Shown one piece after another: positions 26,033 to 40,337 of a DNA stretch of 64,000 nucleotides; within the stretch, counting starts at the first letter, position 1, and every line of letters starts with the position of its first letter. Under the pieces are notes generated by a model, which was not told where the DNA came from, ran no database searches, and worked only from the letters and a program-made list of their open reading frames with translations. The DNA is from Eledone cirrhosa (Eukaryota), in contig OZ024743.1 in assembly GCA_964016885.1 (NCBI GenBank), positions 101,866,001 through 101,930,000 of the forward strand, in the 5' to 3' direction. A program made the position numbers and the translations under genes.

Positions 26033-28470
26033 AAAGTAAGAGTTGGGGGAAGAACGGGGTTGCATGTTCAGGAAAAAGTGTGTGTGTGGTGGAGTGTAGG
26101 TCGATGTGTGTGGGGTGGAGTGTAGGTCGGTGTGTGTGTGCGTGTGTGGATGCGGAGGGGTCAGAGGGGTGGGGGGAGAATTCCGGAGGCTGAGTGTGTA
26201 AATATGTGGTGGTACGCACGTGTGTGTGGTGTTTATACGTATTGTGGATGTAGGTGGCGTGTGGGAAAACAATTTTTTTTAGTGTATGTCCGTGGGTGAG
26301 TCCCTAAGGTACTTCCGTAGAGGATGTGGTGGGATGCTGGGTAATTTCCTTGTAATGTAGTTGATTCTTGGGAGCGATGTCCAATGTGTGTAATCCGTGG
26401 TTGGGTTGGTCGGAAGAGGGGAGATGTGGGGTGCGCGCGCAACAGGACGTGGTCAGAGGGTCAAGGCAGGAGGAGGGTTGTGTGTCTGTGTGTGCGGAAA
26501 GGTGGTCAGAGATTCAGGGAATAGCAGCAGTCGGGGAGAATGGTAAGTGAAGAAAGACGGTGTGTCAGTGTGTGCGGAGGTGCGGTGGACGGGGGAGTGG
26601 ATGGGTAGGTGTGAACGTTGGAGTGAGGAGGGGGTGTGTGTATTAGTAGAGGTGTTAGTGGGATGTGTGTGTGTGAGAAAGGGTGTGGGTGGAGCGGGGA
26701 GGGGGATGGGGAGAGAAAGGTGTGGGGGCCGCTGGAGGGAGTGTAGTGTACTGGTGTGTATATGTGCGTGTTTGGATGAGTGTGTGTGTGGTGAAGTGGG
26801 TGTTAGTGGGTGTTAGTATACTGGTGGTGGGGAAAGGGTTGAATGCGGGTGTTAGTGGGGGTCAGTGTTGGTATGGTCTGTAGAGTGGGTGGTGTAAGTG
26901 GGTGTGTGTGTTCGTGTGCGTGGGGTTAGGGGGGGGGGTGTTAGTGATGTTAGTTGCGGGGTAGTGGGGGTGGATGTATGGAGGGTGAGGGTTAGTGGTG
27001 GTAGTAGGGTGTGTGTTTAGTGTGAGCGCGTGTATATATGTACCGGTGGGTGTGTGCGTGTGATAAGAGGAGGGGGGAAGAATAAAGGAGGGGTGTTAGT
27101 ATTGTTAGTTGAGAAAGGGTGGTCGGGTGTGGGCTGGGGGTGTTAGTAATGTTAGTTGTGGGGTGGGCGGTGAAAAGGAGGAGTGTGTTAGTGGTGTTAG
27201 TGGGGGGTATGTGTGGAGGAGGGGGAAGGGCGGTCGAAGGCTAAAGGAATAAGGGTGAGGAGTTCAGGCCGGGGGGAGTGTGGGTCAGTAGGGTGAAGAT
27301 GGTTCGTTGTTCGACCCTGAGGAGGGTGGCGGGTGTTCAGTGGCATAGGAGTAGGCCACAGACTGTGAGGTGGTGCGCGGAATGTCCAGGGGTGCCAAAG
27401 TGGCGGGCGATGGGGGAACTACCACCAAGACGAATATCTCGGAGGTGTTCGGTAAACTGGTCCGCCAGGCCACGTGCAGTCTGTCCGACGTAAGTTGCGC
27501 TGCACTCCGTGCAGCGAAGTCCATAGGCTAGGTTGGAGGAGGTACAGCGGAAGGCATGCCGGATAGAGAGAGAGTGGCCGTTGGGACCCTGGAAGGTGGT
27601 GGTGTTGGTGATGTGGTGGCAGGTGTTGCAACGGGGCCTGGAACAGGGAAGGAAACCGGGAGGGGGGGGGACTGTGGACGAGGAGGGTGCGGAGATTGCG
27701 TGCGCGTTTGAAGGAGGGGAGTGGTGGGGCTGGGAAGATGTGGGAGGTGGAGGGGTCGGACTGGAGGCGTCGGAAGAGGCGGTGGATGGTGCGGTGGAGG
27801 GGTATGGTGGAGGGGTGGTAGATGCTGGGGAAGGGGAGACGGTGGGTGTGCCGTGGCGTGGGGTGAGGGTCGTGGAGCGGTGGACAGCACGGGTGCGGGT
27901 GAGAGCGGTGTGGACGAGAGGGGAGGGTTACCTCTGCGGATGAAATGGCTGACTAGGGAAAGGGCCTGGGACTCAAAGTCAGCATCTCGGCTACAGAGGC
28001 GGCAGATCCTGAGGAGTTGGGAGTAGGGAATAGAGTGTTTAGTCCGTGTTGGGTGGGAAGAGGTGAAGTCGAGGCAGGAGTGGGAGTCGTTGGGTTTGAA
28101 GAAGGCGGAGGTGACGGGGGAGTGGTAGGATGGGTAGAAGGCGACGGAGATGCCTAAGAAGTGGACGTGGGTGCTGGAGATAGAGGTAGTGAAGTGGAGG
28201 GAGGGGTGGAAGGAGCAGAAAAAGGAGAGAAAGGAGTTGAGCTGTTCTCGGGTGAGGGTCGTGGCTCCGATACAGTCGTCGATGTAACGACCGTACAGTT
28301 CGGGCGTGGGGCCGGTGTACTGGGCAAAGATTTGGGCCTCAACATGGCCAACAAAAGGGTTGGCATAGTTTGGGCCCATTCTTGTACCAATGGCTACCCC
28401 CGTGACCTGTTGGTAAAACTCACCCGAGAAAGAGAAACAGTTGAGGGTGAGGACCAGCTCGGCGAGGCGA
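25610..28470 (-). mobile_element. 5'-truncated Poseidon/Penelope-type PLE (RT, GIY-YIG, long 3' region, HHR)
   Basis: MGPNYAN...RYIDD...HFLG...KPNDSHSCLDFTSSHP..KHSIPYSQLLRICRLCS; EN CTSSNLAYGLRC..C...YVGQTAR...EH. Minimal HHR variant ttgaaga-agggc ttat gccc-gaaacgtt at 25698-25730(-). Confidence 0.9.
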
Positions 28471-28487
28471 AATATATATATATATAC

Positions 28488-30569
28488 TGTTATACTTTGG
28501 GAGGGTCATGTTGCCAATAAGAAACACACGCACCAGTGGCTTTCACTCCAATTTATTATAAATTAAAAAAAGTTCTTTGGGGTTGCACATCCGGATATAT
28601 ATGGCAGCACGGAGGACCTCCTCAGCAGGATCAGCGAAAATAACCAATCTAGGGACCTAACAGACTATATAATAGGTAGTATGGATCTTGTGTCCCTATA
28701 TCCATCCATTGACGTGGATTTTGCTGTGGAGAAATGCGTAGAAATGATCAGTGAGAGCAATGTTGAATTCCGTGGGATTGATACCAGTGAACTTGGATTC
28801 CTACTTAAACTTACTTATAGTAATGATTATCTAGATACGTATGACCTTAGCAACCTCTGCTCCACAAGACCAGCAAGAGGCAGACCACCTACCATTACCT
28901 CAATGGGCAATAAAACCCACACAGAAAGATGGAACGGTTGGACCAGAGCCATGCGCACCCTCGAAAACCACGATGAACTAAAGAAAATGATTGCACATGC
29001 GGTGGGGGCCAGTATAAAACTAACCCTTAAGGAACATATGTTCAAATTTAATGGAAAAACATATACCCAAGAGGAGGGAGCAGCCATTGGTGTTAGCATT
29101 GCAGGTGACATAGCTAATCTATTCATGGTATGGTGGGACAATAAACTTAAAGAACAATTAGAAGACAGCAACCTCTTAACCCTGATAATGTACTCTCGCT
29201 ACGTTGATGATATAAACATCGTAGTAAAAACACACCTCACTAGAGAACAGTCAGGAATTAGAGAAAAACACCATGGAAAGCATCCAGCAAATAGCTAACT
29301 CCATCCACCAGAGTATTAGAGTTACTATAGACTACCCAAGCAAACACCCCAACCATCGATTACCTGTACTAGACACAGAGCTCTGGTTAGAAACCATTAA
29401 TAACAAAATACAAATCCTCCATTCCCATTATGCCAAACCCATGACTCCCAAATATCTGATCCACCGAAACTCAGCTGTTTCGGATCACACCAAAATCAAC
29501 ATACTGATTGCTGATTTAGTACTGGTGATGAGAAACGTGTCCCGCATGTGCAACCCCAAAGAACTAGAGAGACACATACAACAATTCATCCACCGTATGC
29601 AGTTCTCTGGTTAAAATCAGAGAAATAAAATCAGAGTATATAGAGCAGCCAGAACCAAATGGGGAAAAATGGTAAATAATGATACAAATGGGACCTGCCC
29701 CTTGTATAGGAGCAAATTTTGGAATAGAATAGAAAGAACCAGGAAAAAGGTTAATAAAATAAACTTATGGTATGATAGCAATAAATACCAGAGTGCAATG
29801 TTCATTAATACAACCCCTAGAGGTGAATTAGCTTACAAACTTAGAAGGGCCCTAGATAAACTTAAACTTAATATTAAGATAGTAGAACGACCAGGTACCT
29901 CCATAAAGGACAGCTCGTAGTATAGGAGAACGGATAAATGAACACTGGCGAGAGCTTCAAGATATAAAAGAATCCTCAGTACTCCACCAACATGCTAAAA
30001 TAGCACATAAGGGCAAATTAGAGAACAGAAATAAAAATAAAATCTACACACAGAAAAGACGCAATGTTTAGACAAATCACAGAGACAATAAACATAAATG
30101 AACTCCAACCAAAATTAAATAGAAAACATGAATGGAATAGCAACATAACAACTTACAATTAAGGACAAAATGAAAACATACACACATAGAACAAACAACC
30201 AACCAGTAACATGTATATAAATAAACAAATAAACAAATAAAAACAAACACAGACACCCGGACGTAACACATGCGCAAACTAAGCACACAACACACACAAA
30301 AACAAGATGGCGTAGGACAGAACAAAGGAGAGGCACAGAACAAAGAGAAGAATCCCCAGTCACTGAAGAGGTCACATTATGTGTGACGAAAGAACTTTGA
30401 CAATATATGAAAAACCGTTCGGTTGTGGAACCAACCAACCAACCGGAAATTTATAAAAAATTTTTAAAGAAAATAAAAAAAAAGATTTTTTAGTTCATAA
30501 TAAATTGGAGTGAAAACAACTGGTGCGTATGTTTCTTATTGGCAACATGACCCTCCCAAAGTATAACAA
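28488..30569 (+). mobile_element. Neptune/Nematis-type PLE, RT region with EN deleted, bounded by ~80 bp inverted repeats
   Basis: SMDLVSLYPSID...TQEEGAAIG...IANLFM...YSRYVDD, LPVLDTELW, HYAKPM. HHR 30359-30401. Ends 28488-28570 and 30487-30569 are reverse complements. Clade assignment tentative. Confidence 0.85.
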
Positions 30570-30836
30570 TATCGATTTCAACACATGTTCTCAGATAAAG
30601 AATCTTGCTAAACAAATTCGGAAACGATATATATATATATATATAACATCAGTTTTTTTCCATTTCATGTAGACGCGCTCCATCCACTTTTCTAAAAAAT
30701 GAATCATACACAAAACGCCAGCACAAACAATTTTGCAAGAGATGCCAACATGAATGGACCTGTTATTTTTATCTAAAGACATTTTTTCCAATTCCATCAC
30801 GCCCAGTCCCCTCAATCTATTTTATTTCTCATTCTT

Positions 30837-30872
30837 TCTTCTGAGAAAGGACTAGCGTCCGAAACGTTAAGA
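30837..30872 (+). ncRNA. Minimal type-I hammerhead variant of a PLE-terminal remnant
   Basis: tctt-CUGAGAA-a-ggac tagc gtcc-GAAA-cg-UU-aaga. Core deviates from CUGANGA. Confidence 0.55.
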
Positions 30873-30961
30873 CCCTCTTCCTGCTATATCAAGCGTTAAC
30901 CTAATATATATATACCTTCCATATACTGTATCGATTGTGTTGTTATTTCTGTTTACCTTTT

Positions 30962-31022
<61 letters not shown>

Positions 31023-31262
31023 ATATTTAGGAGTTTTGTTGTTACTGGCGGTGGCACCAATATGAGTATTCAATACCATGACTCATAAATGTTTTGATTT
31101 AATTCTATATGTGTGTTTAGGCGATAGCTACTGGAATTATGTCCTTCACTTGCATAAAAACGTGGAGTCGATCATCTGGGAAGCATATTTAACGTTTGAT
31201 ATGGTATATAAACGTTTTAATGTATAACTTCGTTATCTTATACATAATATTATGTATATATA

Positions 31263-31302
31263 CAGTAATCCCCCGTTAATCGCGGGGGATAAGTTCCACA
31301 CC
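31263..31302 (+). mobile_element. Possible solitary pogo/Tigger-like terminal inverted repeat
   Basis: TA|CAGTAATCCCCCGTTAATCGCGGGGGATAAGTTCCA. Partner end not found. Confidence 0.35.
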
Positions 31303-31720
31303 ATGCAGATATCTCAAATTTCTTGGCAGCCTTTTGAAGAATTGAGGGCTTTTGAACCCCAGGCTATTGCAATATTTGCTCCTTATTCTATGTGAAAGAC
31401 AGGACCTTTGGTATCACACAGTGACATCCTGTTCGGGGGTTGGTCCAGCTCTCAATGCCAAAGTTTGGTGCTAGTCCCTCCAGGATTTTCCATATGTATA
31501 TCACGGCGTAGCTCTCCCGTCTTCGTTCCTTTAGCCTTTCCCAGTACTTCATCTTCTTCATCGTGGCAATCCGTTTAGTGTAGCTTCGTTGGATTGCCTC
31601 ACGCTCCGTGTTTAGTTTGATACTATGGGGTGATCACAGCTGGGCGCAGTAGTCCAGGTAACTTAGGAGAAATGTCCTCTATAGTATCAACATGGTCTCG
31701 CAGTCTCTCTTGCGGAAAGG
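31303..31720 (-). mobile_element. CR1/L2-group LINE fragment (same family as 45705-46648)
   Basis: Reverse complement resembles 46060-46450. Matching 3' terminus at 32778-32825(-). Confidence 0.75.
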
Positions 31721-31897
31721 CCTCAAGATCCAGCCAACGAGTCGTCTGCATATTGTCACCACCCTCATGATATGTGAAGAGAACGATGCAATGTCGCTCA
31801 TGTCTGTATTTCATCTGTATTTCATTTCCTCTTTGTGGGGAGAAGGTTAAAGCAAGAGAGAGGTGGGGCGGAGCAGGAAGGATTGGGAGAAGGTTAA

Positions 31898-31943
<46 letters not shown>

Positions 31944-32927
31944 GGCGGAGCAGAAAGGGTAGGGAGAATGTTAAAGCGAGAGGGGGGGGGCAGACAGGAT
32001 AGGGGAAGGTTAAAGCGAGAGAGAGATAGGGGCGCGGGCGGAGCAGGAAGGGTAGGGAGAAGGTTAAAGCGAGAGAGAGAGAAAGAGAGTGTGATAAATA
32101 CCAAGAGCGAGAAAGAGCGTGAGAAATTCAAGGAGCGATTGAGACGGAAAGAGAGAGAGAGCTTAAGAGATCCAGGGAGAGAAAGAGAGAGAGAGGGGGG
32201 GGGGGGGGAGACAGCGTGAAAGAAAACCAACAAGAGAGAGAGAGAGGATTATCCTTAGTGGCTTGAACTTACAAACATTAATTATACTTATGAGTATGCT
32301 TCTTTAAATGTTATTCGAGAAACTTAAAAAAAAAAACACGTGTTCACGAGAAAAATAAATATAAATAAATAAAATAAAATGAAATAAATAAAAATAAAAT
32401 GAGATAAAATAAATAAAATAAAATCGCGCGGATTCAAATAAATAGATAAATATGATTTTAACGATTATTACTGTGAGTTTTAACTATTAGGTATCAAGTA
32501 CTAGATAAGCATGTCGGTTTGTTTACAATGTACTTTTAACAGGTGCTAAATAAATTTCAAATATATATCTAGTAACATACATACGTATATTGTATATTTA
32601 ATAATAATTATAATAATATCAATAAAGAAAAATATATTCATTAAATTACCTAATTAAATGTCTATATTCTTTTGCGAAATATTCTTATCGAAAAAATAAG
32701 TAAAAATATCAAAGAAGCTCAAATAACTCTTTTAAAATGAAAAATAATAAGAAGTAACCACAGTGAAAAATAAATACGCTTTTACTCTTTTATCTGCTCC
32801 AGCCATCCGGCTGAGGCCGTTCTGGAATTCTGCCCTTGTTACTTATCTTTTATAGGGAATGTGGGTTCAAATAGAAGAAGTGTTCAAATAAATTTTGAGA
32901 TGCATTTGGATGAAACAGAGCAGAAGG

Positions 32928-33226
32928 AAACACTGGGAGTGAAGGACCCCTAGCCTTTGTCAGGGCATTCTTCTAGGAGAAGGCAACTCAGGAAACTTGG
33001 ATAATTCCGATATAAAACCTGCAGCTCAGTAGTTACCGATGATGTTGATCTTTTCTTCTTTTCGGGTTATAGCTACTGTCGCTCAGAGAGTGGGATTGGC
33101 TCAGTGCACAATTTTCCCTCACATTAAAATCTTCACGCACAGGCATTGCACGATAGAATTAATTAATAATTATTAATAATGGTATATCGTGCAATGGCCA
33201 TACGCGATAACGAGGGGGCAGCCATC

Positions 33227-33228
<2 letters not shown>
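32928..33228 (+). mobile_element. ~300 bp non-coding repeat, possibly derived from a LINE (RTE-like) 5'UTR
   Basis: Highly similar inverted copy at 40910-41208. Contains 'ctaggagaaggcaactc...aaacctgc' and a terminal 12 bp hairpin. The origin is an inference. Confidence 0.7.
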
Positions 33229-33281
<53 letters not shown>

Positions 33282-33515
33282 TTTTCAGTGGTGATATACA
33301 CAGGTACTTAAGTTTCGTTGGGTTATACACCCTAACTCATTCAGCCTGTTATATAAAGTCGAAATGGCTACCTCAACAGGTTTATTTGAAGTTTTTAGAA
33401 AATACGTGAGAGTTCTTCAAGGGTAACTAATTTCGAATTTAGCTATACATAAAGAAAACTTTTAGATACAATAGAAATTAAATTCCTGCAAACTAAAATT
33501 ATAACATACACACAC

Positions 33516-33602
<87 letters not shown>

Positions 33603-33618
33603 CGCACACACACGCACG

Positions 33619-33654
<36 letters not shown>

Positions 33655-33663
33655 AATATATAT

Positions 33664-34032
<369 letters not shown>

Positions 34033-34433
34033 TATATATACATATATCGGTTGGCCTCTTCCTCACACTTTCACTCACTCACTCTCTGCTGCTCCCCCTC
34101 TCTCACTTCCTCCCGTCTGACCTGTGTGAAATCCTTTTCTCGCTCACATTTCGCAGGATTCGGACGCGTCTGCCGTCTTCTCGTCGTTGATTTGTTCGAA
34201 CTTAACTTCACATGTATCATTGACTTGTCTCTCATTTCCTCTCTTTACGTTGCATTACTATTTGTTTGTTTACTGTTCCTCTTTCTCCACCCAATTCGCT
34301 CTCCCCCAATAACTTATTTTAGTTATTGCTCGCACTGATTCTGAGGTATCTGGTCTTTAATGCGAAGAAATATCGATTATAGTCAGAAGAACACTGATGA
34401 TGGACAGTCCCGTTTGTCGCTCTATTTTTCATT

Positions 34434-34464
<31 letters not shown>

Positions 34465-34828
34465 CGAAGTAAGTCTTCTTTTCGTATATATACATATATA
34501 TATATATATATGTATTCCTGTGTGTGTGTGTGTGTGTGTGTGTTATATTGAAGTGTCGATAGCAAGGATTCGATGCTAGGAGGTGAAACAAGTGAGAAGG
34601 TTGATAGTTCACTAAATTAAGTAGCTTCAAGCAGTTGAGCTGAAGAAGCCAACACGATATTGCAACAATATGTAACTCATACGGACGGATGAAGTCGAGT
34701 AACATGATCATATCTCATAGAATTTTAATTCCTTATGCCATATGATAATACCATGAGCAAATATTTCATAAAGCCGAGCAGAGAGGATGATATACAGTTT
34801 CATTTATATATGTCATAAACGGACACAC

Positions 34829-34947
<119 letters not shown>

Positions 34948-35012
34948 CACTTTGTTCTTATTGGCAGCATAACCGTCCCAAAGTAAAACAATATATATAT
35001 ATATATATATAT

Positions 35013-35651
35013 AATATATTTAGAAACACACAGATACATGCGGACACACACATATATACATGAATGCATCCGCACCCAACTGTGAGTTAAGGGTGCCAAC
35101 TTCACCGATGTTGCTCAATGAATGACTGGGACAGACCAATTCAGTTGAACCAGACTGAACCAGTATCAGAGTTAAAAATACATTATGAAGAGAGAAGAAA
35201 CATTTAGATATAATTAGTAATAAAATGTATCATACCTAAACTGCTCCTAAATTCCTCGACTACGTAGTTTCGTGGCATAAACAAAAACAATATATCATAA
35301 AGATATAGAGTCCTTGCGAGGTCTGCCGACTTATCAAGAGGATACCTCATTTTACTAGTCTCAAGAACGCGTCTACACGACGTGAGAAAGAATCCCAAAA
35401 GGCGGAGGGGGAGATAGTCACGCGATATAACGGTCGAGAAACAGAGCTAAGCCTCTTATAACCCCGAAGAAAATACCACGGAGGCGGAGGGGGTATTTAT
35501 ATCGAGGCCGTAGAAGAGGTGATGAAGAAGGCGAGAAGTATGAGTAATGGAAGCTTTCCAGCTGTCCCCACACTTCAAAGATTGCTCGACCAGAGGGAGT
35601 TATTAACAATATATTTAGAAACACACAGATACATGCGGACACACACATATA
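35013..35651 (-). mobile_element. Retrozyme-like family C (595 bp period, 44 bp terminal redundancy, decayed HHR)
   Basis: Direct repeat aatatatttagaaacacacagatacatgcggacacacacatata at 35013 and 35608. HHR relic tcctc-UUGAUAA-..-GAAA-ctacgtag-UC-gagga at 35253-35342(-). Confidence 0.6.
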
Positions 35652-35656
35652 ATATA

Positions 35657-35685
<29 letters not shown>

Positions 35686-35688
<3 letters not shown>

Positions 35689-35878
35689 GGTAAATGTTTA
35701 ACCCTGACGGCAGAACGCAAGCCGTTTCGACGGCTATTTCTGGACCGAAATAGCCGTCGAAACGGCTTGAGCTCTGCTGTCAGGGTTAAACATTTACCTA
35801 TTACCCACTCTACTACCCTAAGTATTGAGTACTCTGGTCCGTTATGGTCCATTTGGTTCCTTACCCCACTTCCTACGT

Positions 35879-35880
<2 letters not shown>
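35686..35880 (+). mobile_element. PLE pLTR remnant folded back within hammerhead stem II
   Basis: Arms 35686-35740 and 35748-35801, each carrying a GAAA-cggc...gccg-UC-aggg-type 3' half of an HHR. Flanked by (TA)n. Confidence 0.8.
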
Positions 35881-35914
<34 letters not shown>

Positions 35915-35932
35915 ATACTTTATCTCTCTTAC

Positions 35933-37214
<1,282 letters not shown>

Positions 37215-37231
37215 ATATATATATATATACA

Positions 37232-37262
<31 letters not shown>

Positions 37263-37280
37263 ATATATATATATATATAT

Positions 37281-37598
37281 ACGATGCTGACGATAGCTAA
37301 TAAGCTTGAAACTAGTACATCGTTCCTGTGTCAGTGTTGAACAAAAAGGTGACGTGGTTGCCTAAACACTGTACGGCGTAATTCGGGCTGTTTGTTTGTT
37401 TACAAACAAACCGAGCATTATAATAAATGTTCGGTAAACCGATATGTGCATATATATATGTGTGCATGTATGTATATACATACTACTGCACGTCTGTATA
37501 CATATATGTATGTACGTATACATACATACATACTTACATTTAAGTAAGTGCCGTACTAAGAGTGAGAAATTTCATTTCATTTCATTCTATTCCATTTA
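37281..37598 (+). mobile_element. Retrozyme-like family A copy with a perfect minimal hammerhead
   Basis: 37281-37323: acgatg-CUGACGA-t agct aata agct t-GAAA-ctag-UA-catcgt. Rest matches the family A monomer. Flanked by (TA)n. Confidence 0.9.
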
Positions 37599-37921
37599 TA
37601 TATATATATAAAGAAAAAAAGATGAAATCGAAAATGCAACTGGAGTCTTATTTAAAAAAATATATATATATTTATTTGGTTCCTTTACCGGTTTCAAAGA
37701 ACGTGAAATATTAGACCTGTCAAGTATGGAGCAGTGTAGAGGAAAATATCAACGAAGGAATAAATAAAAATGAAAATAAGAAGAATGGGAGCTTTGAAGA
37801 GTTAAATTAAACTCCGATGTGTATATAGAAAACATATATAGAAACACGCTTAACTGCTATGACAGAGATATATTACATTAATATATACATACACATGTAC
37901 ATACAATCATACATATATCTA

Positions 37922-37953
<32 letters not shown>

Positions 37954-38684
37954 CATATATCTATCTATCTATTTATGTATATATATAAATAAATAAATAA
38001 ATATATATATATATATTATAAAATATGTCCATAGAACCATTTGATAAGATATATATATATATATATTGACTGATGAATAGCTTTTGTTAATTTTAAAACC
38101 ATTCTGTTGAGAACTTTTGTGATATTTTGCAATTTGCAATAATAACACACATACTGAATTCATCCGCCAAAACTAAGGGTTGTCCCCCTTGTCGAGCCCC
38201 ACGTGGGTTTTGATAACGGTCAGTCCTTGGTTTGGCACTTGAACTAAAAGCCTGTTGAGAAAGTGACTTACTTGTTCAATCATCTTACCAAAAGCTTAAC
38301 ATTATTTGCCTTTCATCCTTACGGGGTCGATAAAATAAAGTACCAGTAATACACTGGGTAATTTGCTGGCCTTGTGCCTAACGTAGAAACAAGTATTTGT
38401 CTAAGCAGACCGTACCTGATTTAGGAGTTGCAGAAACCCAAATGCTGGATTTTACCCACCATCCAGGGGTCCGGGTATAATTTTCAATCATATTTTATTT
38501 GTTTGACCCGAATTACTTGGTCGTTTCTATGGCTGTACGGATAATGGTTTAACCATCGTCTCAGTGTGTTTGGTCTTTTAACTTATGTTGTTGCTCTAGT
38601 TCACTAGCTTCTATGGAGCGCTTGCCACACATCTCGGAAGTTGTTTTTCGCTAATTTCCAATAGCCGAAATACGATTTTCGCTA

Positions 38685-38730
<46 letters not shown>

Positions 38731-38863
38731 TTGAAGGCGGCCGACCAAACTAGAAACTGCTAAATGTTTGGCCGCCTTCTTGTCTCTCTGCCGTTTCAGC
38801 CCCATGGATTATATTCCTTTGTTAAATGACCAATTCTATCCAGTGGTGAACCAACAAACCTAA

Positions 38864-38951
<88 letters not shown>

Positions 38952-38952
38952 A

Positions 38953-38985
<33 letters not shown>

Positions 38986-38987
<2 letters not shown>

Positions 38988-39256
38988 AGGCACATGTGGT
39001 AAGGGTGTTGGATTTACGATCGTGGGTTCGATTCCTGGGTGGCGTGTTGTATTCATCAACAAAGCACTTCATTTCCCGTTGCTCCAGTATACTCAGCTTA
39101 AAATGAGTACCAGCAATAGCTAGGGGTTTAATCCTGCTATGGACTGGCGTCCTGGCCAGAGGGAGCGTCTTGTACTCTCAGCCGCTTCACGCAATGAAAT
39201 AGGGGATAAGCACCGGCCAAATGTACCTTGTGGGTTAAGACAGACTCCAGACTTTT
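38986..39256 (+). mobile_element. tRNA-derived SINE with CORE-like and V-like domains
   Basis: A/B boxes (gtggtaagggtg; gggttcgattcc), CORE-like segment, then 'cctgctatggactggcgtcctggccag' resembling the V-SINE domain. Confidence 0.7.
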
Positions 39257-39421
39257 AGATACATATATACATATATATATCTAATACACGCACATATATA
39301 TATATATATATATACGTATGTATGTATATATTAATGTAATATATCCTTGTCATAGCAGTTAAGCGTATTTCCATATGTTTTCAATATACATATATATGTA
39401 ATACACACAGGCACACACATA

Positions 39422-40337
39422 TCTATATATATAAAGTTGTAGTTCCTGTTTGTTTGTTTGTTTGTTCCAAAACATCTCCTATGGTTTTTGAGATAGACCC
39501 CCATAACCATATATATTTTTAAACTACATTGCCCAGGGCACTTGGATATGTATATTTCATTTTAATCAACGGGTTCCCCGGGGGCACAAACCCGCGCTGA
39601 ACATTTTTTCCCTTCGATTTATATGATATTTAATCTGTAGGTAAATGACAAGATATGATGTCTATTCACAAAAATTTTGAATTGATATTTTGAAAAAAAT
39701 TATTTACAAGAAACAAAATAAGAATGAGATTTAATAAGGAAATTTTGATAAGGGCGGTCGATTAGCAGTATCGGTAGAGGGTCGGACGCCATGCTTTGAT
39801 GCATAGAGTTACGACCCTTGCCATTCTGAGTTCAAATCCCGCCGAGGTTAACTTTGCCTTTCATCCTTACGGGATCGATAAAATAAAGTACCAGTAATAC
39901 ACTGGGATAATTTCTGGCCTTGTGCCAAAAGTAGAAACAATAATGTAATTTTGATTTGATATATTACAAAAAATAATTGTTTCTACTTTAGGCACAAGGC
40001 CAGGAATTATCCAGTGCATTACTGGTACTTTATTTTATCGACCCCGTAAGGATGAAAGGCAAAGTCAACCTCGGCGGGATTTGAACTCAGATCGTAAAGG
40101 GACGTAACTATACTGGAAAGCATGGTGTCCGACCCTCTACCGATACTACAAAAAATATATTACAAAATATATTACAAAAAATAATGTTTTCCAATTTTTC
40201 ATGCATTACATTTTACATTGAGTAATATTGAAATGCAGAGTTTTTCTCCATAAATTATATCACTGATTTAAAATCAATCATCATTTTCTTACCAAAAGAA
40301 TGTGTGAAACGCAGCAAGGCGCGAGTAATTCGGCTAG
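39422..40337 (+). mobile_element. Non-autonomous Helitron with two nested SINEs
   Basis: A|TC start, (GTTT)n, CTAG|T end. SINEs at 39750-39945(+; TSD aattttgat) and 39976-40150(-; flanked by atattacaaaaaataat). Confidence 0.8.

Noticed and set aside
25730-27260. G-rich strand-biased region with long ORFs and G4 potential
   Set aside because: Low-complexity 3' region of the Poseidon-type PLE; ORFs are compositional artefacts.
34330-34415. CTGATGA-containing HHR-like relic; similar relics at ~12865-12905(-), ~46700-46755(+) and ~48320-48420(-)
   Set aside because: Cores incomplete or too mutated to call as ribozymes.
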